DNA from: Malacoraja senta
Lineage: Eukaryota
Direction: 5' to 3'
DNA: 64,000 bases
Assembly: GCA_038087875.1 (NCBI GenBank)
Contig: CM075977.1
Location: 338,520,001-338,584,000 of the forward strand
In this document: positions 1 through 12,197 of the stretch, in pieces
Position numbering within the stretch: the first letter of the stretch is position 1
Layout: every line of letters begins with the position of its first letter
Made by a program: the position numbers and the translations under genes
The notes under the pieces: model-generated
Seen by the model: only the letters and a program-made list of their open reading frames with translations
Told to the model about the DNA's origin: nothing
The model's database searches: none

Positions 1-46
1 GAAGGACCGAATGGCCTACTCCTGTACCTATTTGCTATGTTTCTAT
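1..46 (+). mobile_element. 3' tail of CR1 (HER1-like) LINE
   Basis: gaatggcctactcctg...ctatgtttctat tail, identical in type to the other CR1 3' ends in the window. Confidence 0.7.
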
Positions 47-1553
47 TTGCTGGATTACATATTGAGCAAAGCACAAAGCATTGCACTAAAGCGAAGCAGA
101 ATGTCAAAACCACCAATCTGATTTTGGGGGTAAAACCAGTCAGTTAAAAGGGATTACTTTAAAATGTGTTCTATTTCGTAAACCATACCTACGTGTACAT
201 ATAGAATGCTGAAAACATTCAGTTGCAGGACCTGTAATGAGTATTGTTCTAGTTTAACTCGTTTCCAGAACTACGGACTGTAGGGTGGAAAATGTAAATT
301 AATTAATTCACAGTTTTTTGGCATTGAATGAAAAAGAATGATGACATGGCAGTTAAAACATTCAAGATGGGGAATTGATGTTGATAGAAGCTTAAAATGC
401 TTTATGGAAGGATAAAAGGTGTTTTGTTGGAGTAATATGAACTGATGAGATTATTTCGACAATTTAAGTTGAAATATTTCTCTAGATTTGGTTCAGTCTA
501 ATTACAGCCCCATACTTTTGATAAGTTTAAACGAGGAACTACACTCTGTTACAAATAGCATTGAAACAAAGCACCCCAAGGCCTTGTTCATAATAACCAG
601 GGACGTCTATCAGGCCAACCTCAAGTTTGCTACTAAAATACTGGCTATGTTTCTGCCCGCTGCTTAAAGCAGAAACTGAAGTGGGAAGATCTGCAAAATC
701 CTTTGCAATTACTTTAAGTTGGTGGAGTGGCCCATATTCAGAGACTCAGCAGCCAACCTAAATGAGTACTTCACTTGCTTCATTGGTTAACGTAGAGTGT
801 GTTTCTCAACCGGAATCCACAGTTAAACTATGAGGTCCACTCCCAGGTCTAGTTTAGATATGTAGTGATCCCAATAAGAAATCTATTATGACCTTTGCAA
901 AGCCATGAATGATGCCAAGATGGAATTTTGCACCAAACCCGAGTTCTGAGGCAACAACAGACATTTGTTGATTGTGGCAAGGCTTGGATGCTAGAATGGG
1001 CTAAAAAGTGAAGTTGGGCAGTTTCCCGGTAACAATGTGTACGTCCGTGATGACTAGCTTTCAATTGAAGGATGTCACCCAGCCTCGGGTGTGGCCCAAC
1101 ACTCGCAGTAGCAGATGTAGATTGGCCTTCCTGAGAGTGAAACTGTGGAAAGCAACTGGCCCAAAAGGAGTCCCCAGTTGTACCCTTAAAACCTGCATGG
1201 ACCAGGGGCAAGAATATTTGCAGGTACCTTTATCCTCTCACTTCTCTGTTCTGAGGTTCCATTTGCTTTAAGACCATTATCCCAGTGTTGATGAAAAGCA
1301 AGGTAGCGTAACAAAGATTACTGTCCAATGATTCTGACATCCACCCTTAAAAAGTGCTGGTACACATTAACTTCAGCCTTGTATCCACTGCAGACACCCT
1401 GGCCCTACACTAATTTCTGGAACACCAAGATAATAAGGACACCTTCAACATCAAAATCCCATACAAACTCATCTCCATTCATCTGGACTTTGGAATTAGC
1501 AACCCACTCGGCCACTAGATCCTTTGCTTTCTGACCTGTAGCCCGCAATCAAT

Positions 1554-1800
1554 GTGGGTAGTGCAGTGGTTAAGCTGCTGTCTTGCAGTGCCAGAGACCC
1601 ACGTTTGATCCTGACTACCGCTGCTGTTTGTCTGTTCTCCCTGTGATTGCATGGGTTTTCTCCAGGTGCTCCAGTTTCCTCCTACATTCCAAACACATGC
1701 AGCTTTGTAGGTTAATTGGCTTCTGTAAATTGACCTTAGTGTGTATGACAGAGTTGGTGTACAGGTGATTGTGGTCGGCGTACATGGTGGGCAGCACTGT
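1554..1800 (+). mobile_element. tRNA-derived V-SINE/HE1-like SINE, diverged
   Basis: A/B-box-like head, then the conserved tgggttttctccaggtgctccagtttcctc..cattccaaa core shared with the copies at 14825 and 43733. Confidence 0.75.
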
Positions 1801-2286
1801 ATTGCTACAATATATTTCTAGAATACGTCGTCCTCAGCAATTCGCAAATCTGCAGGATATATTTTTAAATGGGGCAAAAATAGTTTTAATAGCTTTGCTT
1901 GATCAATTGCTATACTGATGTTTAAAACTGCCCTCCATGAATCGTATTAACGTCGAGCAAAAACTTGAGATGTATACAGAAGTCACTTAAATGATGGATT
2001 GGGACACAATATTGTTGCTGCCATAGTCGTAGAAATCAAATTTTATTCTTGTTCTAAAAATCACTATTCTGGAGAGGTGAGCATCTGTTTGTTTACAATT
2101 GTCCTTGATGGTGATTGTTCTTCAACTGGTGTTCTTATGAATCCAGTTCTCATGCAGTTTGATTGAAGATGCCTTGTTTTGGCTTTGCAGTGATGGAAGA
2201 AAATATTTTTCATTCAACTTAGAAGTTGCAATATTCTTGTTTACCTACTGTTTCTTTTTGACTTGTGCTGTGAGTTTGGGTTAGGG

Positions 2287-2812
2287 CATGGGTCGGCAAC
2301 CTTGTTCTGATAGGAGCCAGGACCCATGTCTGAGTGGATGGCGTGCCACATCTATCGCCATAGTTAATAAATAATGAATGATAGTTTTTAAAAATCGCAA
2401 CAAAAATGTAACAAAGACAATTACCCCCGTGACAAACTACAACTAAAGTGCAACACTCTAGCCGGAGTGGAATTCCTCACTTCACTTTCCTCCTGCCCTC
2501 CCGCCCACCGCTCCAACACCGCCTCGCCGAAGCTGCTATCTGCCTGCTTCAGTTTCACACATGCCGCGGCACCGGGGTGGGGGGGCATTTTCACTCTGGG
2601 TGGTCGGGAGGATGGAAGAGGGGGTGGGAGGGTAGGAACGGGGAGAGAGAGTGAGTCGACAGGTGTTGTGATATGGAATTGGCTGTGTGTGTGTGTGTGT
2701 GTGTGAGAACTACTCTTGGATAAGTGTGTGTGTTTTGTGTTACGCCTGCAGGCCGGATGATTTCGGGTTACGGCCCGGATCCGGCCCGTGGGCCATAGGT
2801 TGCTGACCCCTG
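2287..2812. mobile_element. Non-autonomous hAT (Charlie/MER58-like) MITE containing a (TG)n microsatellite
   Basis: 16-bp imperfect TIRs CATGGGTCGGCAACCT / AGGTTGCTGACCCCTG. Perfect 8-bp TSD GGTTAGGG at 2279-2286 and 2813-2820. Confidence 0.9.
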
Positions 2813-3226
2813 GGTTAGGGGATCATTGAAGCCTGTTTGTTCCAGTGTATTTTATAGATATCATGCAGCGCAGCCACATTGTTTGTGGATGAGGCAGGTA
2901 ATATTAAATATGTCTGCAGTTTGTGCATCAACTGGGCTGTCTTCACAAGTCTTATTGAATGTGTCTATTTAGACAAGTCTATCGCATAACTTTTTTGATG
3001 GTTCGGAAGTGTCACTTGCATAGAATAACCAACTTCTGGACACTTTTTGTAGCCATTGATATTTGCTTCTGCTTCTCGAGTTTCTAGTTAATGGAGATCC
3101 TCTCTTCTCTGCCAGGATCTTTTTGGGGTATTTGATATGTAACATGAATGCTATGAAATGATGCTTCGACTATTTCATTGAACAAAAACTGCAAGCAGTA
3201 TGCAGTGGGAGCTTGGTTAGTGTCAA

Positions 3227-3405
3227 ATCATCATCACCGGCGGTCACTCTAAACGACTATGACTGTCCTCTCCTCTCCATAGGGTCGTCGACTTGTGGGT
3301 CTGCAGATGTCTGTAAAGGCTGATCCGTGATCCACACACTTTAGTGCAACGTGGGCAGTGGAGACGGGCGGTGGTTGGTAGTCGTTGAGCCCCCTTCTCT
3401 CTCTC
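3227..3405 (-). mobile_element. 3' end of an RTE-clade LINE
   Basis: Minus strand encodes CPRCTKVCGSRISLYRHLQTH (RTE C-terminal C2H2-like motif) followed by a (GAT)n tail. Confidence 0.75.
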
Positions 3406-3409
3406 TCCT

Positions 3410-4020
3410 TAGTCCCAGTTATCCTATCCCCAAAATATTACTGCAGCGTTCTTGAGGCTTAAGTTGCAGCACTAATCGCCTTCATCTCCTTTGTCAGCAA
3501 TTAGCTTCCTTCTATCAAGAGATTAGAAGTGAGGTGGTTTGCTGACAATTACGCAATGTTCAGTTTCACTTACTAAACATTAGTCTATGGAATGCATGCG
3601 GCAAGGCTTAGACAAGGTTCAAACTTGGGCTGTCAAGTGGCAAATAGCATTTGTATCTTGCAAGTTTCAGGAAATGACAATTTCCAACAAGATAGAGCGT
3701 AAACAATATTCAGTGGCATTGCCATCACTGATCCATTGCCCAAGCACGCAGTCTTTAGCTGTGGAATTTGCCTATGGCCATGCCACCATATCTGCAAGGC
3801 ACAAGTCATGTGCAGAATATAATGCTGTCTTCTTATCTGGATGAATACAGCTTCAATAATAGAGAAACTTGATGATTTGCAGGTGAAAGCAGGCTGCTTA
3901 ACTGGCTCCTCATCCATCACCTTCAGTGTTTATTTCTTCCACACTCTGTACAAATGCCCCATCTACAAAGTGAACTGTAATTTATCTCCTGGGGCACTCT
4001 GGCAGCACCTCATACTCACG
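3410..4020 (+). mobile_element. Old degenerate CR1/L2-group LINE RT fragment
   Basis: FADN..., then LDKVQTWAVKWQIAF..KFQEMTISNK resembles the RT thumb region. Heavily decayed. Confidence 0.55.
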
Positions 4021-4042
4021 GTCTCTGAGGTGGAGTACTAGT

Positions 4043-4845
4043 CAAGTCAAGAGAGTTTATTGTCATGTGTCCCAGATAGGACAATGAAATTCTTGCTTGC
4101 TGCAACGCAGCAGAGTATTGTAAGCATAAATACAGAACAGTTCAGTGTCTATATAGCATAGCATAAACACACATAAATAAAGATAAAGTGCAATAGGCTG
4201 TTATAGTTCAGAGTTTGTTTGATGGCGAGTTTAATAGCCTGATGGCTGTGGGGAAGTAGCTGTTCCTGAACCTGGATGTACCAGATTTCAGGCTCCTGTA
4301 CCTTCTACCTGATGGTAGCGGAGAGATGAGTGTGTGGCCAGGATGGTGTGGGTCCTTGATGATGTTGGCTGCCTTTTTGAGGCAGCGACTGCGATAGATC
4401 CCCTCGATGGTGGGGAGGTCAGAGCCGATGATGGACTGGGCAGTGGTCACAACTTTCTGCATTCTTTTCCGCTCCTGGACGCTCAAGTTGCCGTACCAAG
4501 CCACGATGCAACCGGTCAGCATGCTCTCTACTGTGCACCTGTAGAAGTTCGAGAGAGTCCTCTTTGACGTACCGACTCTCCGTAATCCTCTCAAGAAATA
4601 GAGGCACTGATGTGCTTGCTTTATAATTACATCAGTGTGCTGGGACCCGGAAAGATCTTTGGAAATATGCACGCCCAGGAATTTGAAATTCTTGACCCTT
4701 TCCACCATCCCATTTGATATAAACGGGATTGTGGGTCCCTATCCTACCCCTTCCAAAGTCCACAATCAGTTCCTTGGTTTTGCTGGTGTTGAGAGCCAGG
4801 TTATTGTGCTGGCACCATTTGGTCAGTCGGTCAATCTCCCTTCTA
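4043..4845 (-). mobile_element. 5'-truncated Rex1/Babar-type LINE (RT C-terminus plus 3' tail)
   Basis: ORF 4208..4708(-): FKFLGVHISKDLS..QCLYFLR..FYRCTVES..WYGN..LPSGRRYRS..RFRNSYFPTAIRLLN. (CTTGA)n tail. Candidate TSD TACTAGT at 4036-4042 and 4846-4852. Confidence 0.85.
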
Positions 4846-5368
4846 TACTAGTACCTTTCTAGTTGCATGCCAGCCTGTATCAATTTCCTTGCCCCAGCCT
4901 ATATCATTCTTGTTGGGAAGTTTAAATCCTGGAAGTCCCTCTTCGACTTGCAGGGTTACCGGAGAGCATCGGCCGGTTAGTCAGTTGGTTTGTCACCACC
5001 CTTGCCAATTGTGCGAATACCCTGTATTGTGTTTGAAGGTACAAGTGGTTTGCATCCGGATAGTGAAATTGAATAATCCAATTATTTTGCATTATAGTGC
5101 AACTGATGAAGAACGTGTGCTCACTGTGGTTGGGACTGACCCAGGAGAGTTGGAATTAAGTTCATTTCCGTAATTGAAATTGGTATATTCTTAGAATGCA
5201 TCCAGAACTGTTTCTTAGAAATTTGTGTTGCTACTCTAGCAAAGTATGCTGTGAAATAACATGATACTGCTTTTCATGATGATATGCCAATTTGCAACGA
5301 AGCAAGGTTTTTTTGGTAAAGGATACATTGAAATACCTTAGTAATTTTCATAACTCTGCTCAGGTTAA

Positions 5369-5851
5369 AGGGGCTGTCCCACTTGGGCGACCTAATTGGC
5401 GAGTTTAGAAGAGTTTGAAAAAGTGACATGTTGACCTCCTTCGACTATGTAGAAGACCTCCTTCGACCTCCTTTGACTATGTTGAAGACCAGCTTCGACT
5501 AACTTCGGGAAAATTGGACACCGAATAGTGGAGAGTGAAGACGACCTCCCTTCGACTATGATGAAGACTATCTACGACTACCTTCGACTACCCTCGATTA
5601 CCTACGATTAACATGCCGACCTGCTATGACCTACGAATAAAAAAAAGTCTATTTTTTCCATGGCGACCTTTTTTTATTCGTGGGCATTTTTTTATACCTA
5701 GCTGAGGCCTCGAGTACGCGGAGACCACTCTTGAGCATGAAGGAGAGTTATGAAGACCTCCTAAGACCTCATGTCGAACATGCTGCGAGTATGAGTCGAG
5801 GGCAAACTCGCCAGAACTCGCGGATTAGGTCGCCCAAGTGGGACAGGCCCT
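5369..5851. mobile_element. PIF/Harbinger-type MITE with internal short tandem repeats
   Basis: TIR AGGG(G/C)CTGTCCCACTTGGGCGACCTAAT at both ends. 3-bp TAA TSD at 5366-5368 and 5852-5854. Confidence 0.88.
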
Positions 5852-5960
5852 TAATGTTTAAAGCTGGCATTGCAACCATTCATTATGACGTGTTCCTGGC
5901 AGATTTAATGTTTAAAACAAAATTTAATAAATCAAAGACTGAGCAAAATACATTAAGTGA

Positions 5961-6786
5961 AATCCTCCAAAATGTCCGCCACCTCGATTGGGATTCCACC
6001 ATTAGCCACATTTTCCCATTTCCACCCCTTTCTGCCTTCCGCAGAGACCGTTCCCTCCGCAACTCCCTGGTTTAACTCATCACTCCCACCCAAACCTCTC
6101 CTCCCAGGTACCTTCCCCTGCAGCCCCAGAAGATGCAACACCAATCGCTTTTCCTCCTCCCTCGACTCTGTCCAGGGACCCCAACAGTCCTTTATAGTAG
6201 GGCAGAGGTTCACTTGCACCTCCAATCTCATCTACTGTATCTGTTCTTCAAGATGTGGACTCTTATACATCAACGAGACCAAACACAGACTGGACGATCG
6301 TTTCGCGGAACACCTTTGCTCATCCCGCCTGAACCTACCTGATCTCCTGGTTGCTGGACACTTTAATTCTCCATCGCATTCCAACATAGACCTTTCTGTC
6401 CTGGGTCTCCTCCATTGTTAGAGTGCGGATAAATGCAAATTGGAGGAACAGCATCTCATATTTCACTTGGGCAGCTTACAGCCCAGTGGTATGAATATAG
6501 ATTTCTCTCTCTTCAGGTAGCCTCTCTCTATCCCTCCCCCATCCAAGTCACACTAGCTTCTCATTTTCACCCTACAAACTAACAATGGCCTGTTTCCTTT
6601 ATCATCCTTTTTTGCGTATCTTTCATTCATTGTTCTTAATCTCTCCACATCACTGTCTATATCTATTGTTTCCCTTATCCCTAACCAGTCTGAAGAAGAG
6701 TCTCGACCTGAAACGTCACCCATTCCCTCTCTCTAGAAATGCTGCTGTCGCGCTGAGTTACTCCAGCTTTTTGTGTCTATCTTCTC
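5961..6786 (+). mobile_element. 5'-truncated Penelope-like element (PLE): GIY-YIG endonuclease remnant plus 3' pLTR with hammerhead-like motif
   Basis: NLIYCI..CGLLYINETKHRLDDRFAEH..VAGHFN..EEQHLIF.LGSLQPSGMN (stop 6518-6520; internal stop and frameshift). 7-bp TSD TAAGTGA at 5954-5960 and 6787-6793. Confidence 0.9.
6686..6722 (+). ncRNA. Minimal type I hammerhead ribozyme-like motif in PLE 3' region
   Basis: CUGAAGA-A-[GAGU CUCG ACCU]-GAAA-CG-UC: core boxes intact, stem II has one mismatch, palindromic ACGU stem III. PLE-associated minimal hammerheads are an established class. Confidence 0.6.
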
Positions 6787-7148
6787 TAAGTGATCATGGG
6801 TGATGTGTATTATTAAAGGGCAAAGAGCAGCATGTTGTTCATGCCACATATATTCTGGTAAACCAAAAACATAGCAAAACTTTGTAAATTGAATATTCAC
6901 AAATTAAGGAGCATCTTTTGTCAATTGGTCTTGCGTATAATGTGAATAAAAGTTTGCTCCACGTATCCACTTTTTTTGGTCCAGAGGAAACATTGTTATA
7001 AAGTTCTGCTATTCAAAACTAAAGCATGTAATGTGTACTCTTTCATTCTTGGTCAGTGCTGCAATTTGCATGTATTTGTCAGCAGGAATTGTTGAGACTG
7101 AAATGGTGGGCGGTGGGGAAGAGGAGAGGTATATACGTGCTTTTTATG

Positions 7149-8188
7149 TAGGTATGTTACAAAACTTACCTTCAGTCGCGCTGTAATTCTGCCACTGGCC
7201 GTGTGCGCGATTTTGGCGCCTTTAAGGGGTGGCGGGGTTAAAACGCGGTTTCTCCTACCTTGTCCTGGGAATATTTTGTTGGAGTACAAGCGTTGGCTGA
7301 CAAAATCGTTCCTACCGGCGTTTTGTGAATTTTTTATTTTTATTAAATCGTCAATGTAAGCGCTACAGTCATTTTAAAAGCAGCTCCTGAAGCGTCAATG
7401 CCGATAACGGGGACGGATTTCACACAATGGACAGGTAAACGAAAGTGCTTTCTTTAAATGTATAAAAGTGCTTCTTAAGAAGCCTTTAATTCACATTTAT
7501 TCATGCGACACGGTGATTTTATTCCCCGAATTAACGGCAGTATTTTTCATGCCAATACGGGGTTAAATTCACCGCAAATCAACGTTCCAAAAGATCGCGT
7601 TCCAGTAATCCTCACTCGCAAGATGAATTAAATCCCCATTAATTTACAGGTATTAAACATTCAATTCCTTCCATTTGGCCTGTAAATTCATGAAAATTAG
7701 ATTTAAAAATTATGTTATATTGTGAATTATTGTGTGAATGTTATTTGGACACTTAGGCTATTTAAAAATGTTAATCTATTCTTAAGAAATTGATAGATGT
7801 TTAGATCTAGTAATTGAATTTTGTAATTAGCTACAATTAGGTAACTAACTAATTATATGCTTTACTTTCATGTCTTCGAAGTAAGATTGTTTCATATTTG
7901 TTTCAGAATGCTTCAATCTATAATACCTGAAAATTTCTTTCAGTTACCATAATTTTTAAGAAAGTTATGGGCTTTTAACTGTCCTCGATAACAGCTTTTG
8001 TGTTAAGTCAATGGAAAAGCAATAGGGAACTAGATGCTAATTTCTGAGTATGATAATGGCCATAACTTTTTTAATACTGAAGATATGAAAGTGAATTAAG
8101 TGTCAAATTAAACTTCTTTTTATGCTTTATCTGATGGGATAAATTGCAGACTTTATTTTAAAAATCTCAAAATTTTGTAACATTGCTA
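7149..8188. mobile_element. Unclassified non-autonomous TIR DNA element (TAG...CTA termini)
   Basis: TIRs TAGGTATGTTACAAAA / TTTTGTAACATTGCTA (14/16 match). Flanking direct repeat TTTTATG at 7142-7148 and 8189-8195. Confidence 0.75.
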
Positions 8189-8682
8189 TTTTATGGTATT
8201 TGGTAAAACCATAAAAGCAATAAATCGTAAAATATAACCTGATGTTGACAAAAGTCCTATTTCAAATTATTTTTAAAATATTTTTGTTAATCTCATTCTT
8301 GGTCCTTTGCTTGCTGGTTTTCTTGTATATTGAAATGTTTTAAAACTTCCTTCCATCATAGTCCTTGATTTATGTTTATCTTGCCTTCATAACTCGTGTT
8401 GCTTAGTTAGTGGATAAGGGAGAATATTGATGAGTTGTCAAACAATGGTCTGGACTGTAACTGTCCATTTTTTGATATTGACAGGTTTTGCCTTTGATTT
8501 GAACAGTGTGTGATAAGATTTTTGATTCTTTCTCACACCCCTCCCAACTCTTCAAGCAAAATGTTTATAACAATGCTGCTGTTTAGATCTTCTAACTGTT
8601 TTTTGTCTTGTTTTAACATTCTTGTGACTGCGTGGGTTTCCTCTGGTTGCTCTGGTTTTCTCCCACATCCCAAAGATGGGTG

Positions 8683-9262
8683 GCATGATAATGCTGAGGA
8701 TCTATAAAGTGCTGGTCAGAACACATTTGGAGTATTGTGAGCAATTCTGGGGCCCCGTATCTGAGGAAGGATGTGCTGGTGCTGGAGAGGGTCCAGAGGA
8801 AGTTTCCGAAAATGATCCCAGGACTGAGTGGGTTAACATATGATGAGCGTTTGAGGGCACTGAAACTTGACTCGCTGGAGTATAAAAGGATGAGGGAGAA
8901 CCTCATTGAAACTTACAATAGTTAAAGGCCTGGATAGAGTGGATGTGTGAGGATGTTTCCACTAATGGGAGAGTCAAGGACCAGAGGTCATAGCCTTAGA
9001 ATTAAAGGACGTTCCTTTAGGAAGGAGGAGGAATTTCTTCAGTCAGGGGGTGGTGAATCTGTGGAATTCATTGCCACAGAAGACTGTGAAGACCAAGTCA
9101 ATGGATATTTTTATGGAAGAGATAGATAGATTATTGATTAGTACTGGTGTTGGGGGTTATGGGGAGGGCAGGAGAATGGGGTTGAGGGGGGAAAGATAGA
9201 TCAGCCATGATTGGCGGAGTAGACTTGATGGACCGAATAGCCTAATTCTGCTTCTCTCACTT
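8683..9262 (+). mobile_element. CR1 LINE 3' fragment, preceded by a SINE core fragment (~8617-8677)
   Basis: LYKVLVRTHLEYCE.FW.PYLRKDVLVLERVQRKFPKMIPGL..TRGHSLRIKG motifs plus the CR1 3' UTR. Confidence 0.88.
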
Positions 9263-10028
9263 AACAAGCCTCTTGTAGGATCATTTTGTCCTTTGGCAAT
9301 ATTCAGATGGCTTTGAGGCTCAATTCTTATTGTAAGACTACCACTTTTCTCCAGTGATGTTGATCAAATTAATTTGTGCAGTAATTTCATTCTATTCTTT
9401 CAAACTTCTTTAAAATTTTGGAAGCAATGCCTGAACGAGTAACTCGATGAAAAAGACAATGAAATTAATTACCTCATTGACAATTGATGCTTATTAGAAG
9501 TGAAGAATAATACTTGCATTTCAGGTTTAATCAAAATCCCAATTTCTCTACATATCCTGAATTACAAATAAGAAGTAGGAGGTATGTTTTGTCAGCAGTT
9601 TGTAACTATTCTATTTCAATCTATAGGTTGGGTAAATTAAAACATGAATTGCATATATATGTTGCACCTGTACAAATTTGAACATTTGGAGAAAATACTT
9701 CTAGGAAAGATGTGTGGCTCCAATCCTTTACAGATTTTTAAGTATTTGTCTAAAACATTCACATTACATCCTAAAAGCAGTGAAGTTGTTTTCTTTATGG
9801 AACTGAATAGATCTAGAAAAGAATTTGGTTAAAGAATTGGAAGGTTTGAATTTGGAATCAGTCATTTTTTTCTAGAACCCATGTGCATTTGTAGCAGTGT
9901 ACATTTGTAGCAGAGGCACTTTACTCAGTTGATTAGCATTTGATGAGTAGAAATGGAATGGAACTGTTTGCAAATTAATTTGATTTGTAGACTTTACACA
10001 TTTACTTAAATACCAGCATCTGGAATTT

Positions 10029-11520
10029 GAGTCAAGAGTGTTTACTTATCATATGTACAGACAACAGATCTATGAAATTTTAACTTCCAGCAGTGTGACA
10101 GGCCTGTAAATTCAACACGCATAGATAATACAATAAACCAAAAAAATCAACAAATTAACAACCACGATACTAGTGCAAAAACCTGAAGTCCTGAATGCAA
10201 TTAAGTTCACAGTACTTATAAGTTCACAGTTGAGGTTAGTATTGTGCAGTGTTTGGGCTCCCTCCTATTCTCTGTCTCATTGGCCATTATTTGTCCAATG
10301 AAGGTGGTATCATTGTGTCATTAGTAAAGACTGCATTGGCACTGTCCGGCTACACAGTTATGAGTATAGAGTGAACAGAGCGGGGGAATGAGCGCACAGC
10401 CTTGAGATGCTCCTGTGCTAATGGTTATCAAGGCAAAGTGTTTTTGCCAATTTGTATTGATTGTGATCTACTGATGTGGAAGCAAGGGATCCAGTTGCTT
10501 AGTGGTGAGCAGAGACCCAATTCTCTGTTTGATACGTTTTCTGGGGTGATGGTGTTGAATGCCGAGCTGTAGTCGATGAGGAACAGACTGACATTTGTTC
10601 TTGTTGTCCAAGCAGTCCAATGCAGTGGACAGCCAGCAAGATCAAATACCCAGTTGATCTATTGTGGCAATAAGCAAACTGTAGTGATTCCAGGTTCTGA
10701 AGATAGGAGTTTGTATGCATCATAACCAACTTCTCAAAACACTTAACCACCATGGATGTTAGTGCCATCAGTCGGTAGTCATTGAGATATCTCACCTTGC
10801 TGCTCTTGGGCAATGGTATTATTGATGCGTTTTTAAAACGGGTGCGAACCTTGGACCGTAGTAATGAGAGTTTAGAGATGTTTGCATTAACACCATCCAG
10901 TTGGTCCACGTAGGTTTTAAGAATGCCGCTAGTCACACCATCGGGGCAGGATACTTTGTGGATTCGCCCTCGTGAAGGATCTTTTGATGTCAGCCTCGCT
11001 AAGTGAGATTACAATGGCATCAGGGGGTGATAGGGGCCTGAGAACGCATACTAGTGTTCCCCCTTTTTGAATCGATCATAGAACACCTTGAGCTCATCCG
11101 GGAGTGATGCCTATTTATCACTTGAGCTGCCACTGCTTTTGTGAATGCCCGAGATCTCTCCTTCAGTAAATTGTGGGCCTACTGATTAATGCAAGGCTTC
11201 TGATTAGGGAATATTCAGATGGTTTTGGTGGGAGCACACTACTCAACTTCCTTATGAAACTTGTTACAATGGTGGCATATTCATTCAGGTCTGTTGCTGG
11301 AAAATTAAACATCACCCAGTTTACCAATGCCAAGCAGTCGTGGTGTCATTCCTTTATAACTCCCCAACCAACTCTGTGCAGTCTTCTGTTGGAGCTGCAT
11401 TATTCAGTCAAAGCCAATGCGTGGCCAGAAGGAGCACAGCTAGGTGGTTAGATTTCCCAAAGCGATGGCAAGGGTGTTGAAGAGCGAGTACTGGTGATAT
11501 TGGGACTCCTTCAAACTGAC
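10029..11520 (-). mobile_element. Degenerate Rex1/Babar-type LINE
   Basis: ORF 10499..10936(-): FKNASIIPLPK..LNDYR.MALTS.VVKCFEKLV..LQFAY. Rex-type 3' tail near 10030-10100. Confidence 0.75.
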
Positions 11521-12182
11521 CCTGTTTGTAAAAAAAAAAGGAAAATATAGAACAAAGTATTGATCAACAAAAGACTTATTTTAAGAGAATGGAAGAGTAC
11601 GTCTAATCTTTGATTTTTTAGAAGAGGCTTACAATTGAATACCACAAACATAGTGAATTAATTAAAATAGTAGAGAAATATTGCAAGAAATCTTGCGCTG
11701 ACATTTTTTTTCTCGCCTATATGGCAATTAAGTTAATGGGATCAATCACCAGTTAGTTGTGCACCTCTCATGATTTTCCTTCACATTGATGTGAAACTTG
11801 AATGGGAATCGAGCCTGAATGAAGGCATTAAATATACTAACATCTATTTTGTGTCCTTGTTGAATGTGGATTTCATCCTTGAAAGTAATGGTATGGCATG
11901 GTGGTTGGCCTGTGGTTTACTATTTTATTTTATGATTAGTAATGTACTTGGCTTAAACTAAACTCCTTGTTCTTTCTCGGTGGTAGCATTGGTTGCAAAA
12001 TCCTTTACACAAATTTTCTCAGTGCTTTCTGGGGGTGGGTGGGAAGTGGTGGCTCATTTGCTTATTTATTGTGTTTGATAACGATCAAATTAAGGATTTA
12101 AACAACTAAGGTTATCATTGTGAAAATCTAAATGGGGATTATTTTTAAAAGTGAAAAAAAAGGCGAGAAGCAGGGTAATAGT

Positions 12183-12197
12183 CTGCCATCTGCTGGT
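12183..12197 (-). promoter_or_regulatory. CTCF-like motif (CCAGCAGATGGCAG)
   Basis: Close match to the CTCF core consensus in non-repeat intron sequence. Binding is not shown. Confidence 0.4.

Noticed and set aside
849-1271. ORFs 849..1211(-) and 1008..1271(+)
   Set aside because: The KATGPKGVP..LKTC remnant suggests a very old LINE RT fragment rather than a gene. Too decayed to annotate confidently.
2279-2286. GGTTAGGG as interstitial telomere repeat
   Set aside because: Single unit, explained as the 8-bp TSD of the hAT MITE.
5430-5635. Interspersed short repeats superficially like a CRISPR array
   Set aside because: Units are ~11 bp, degenerate and lack unique spacers. They lie inside a TIR/TSD-bounded MITE in vertebrate DNA, with no cas genes.
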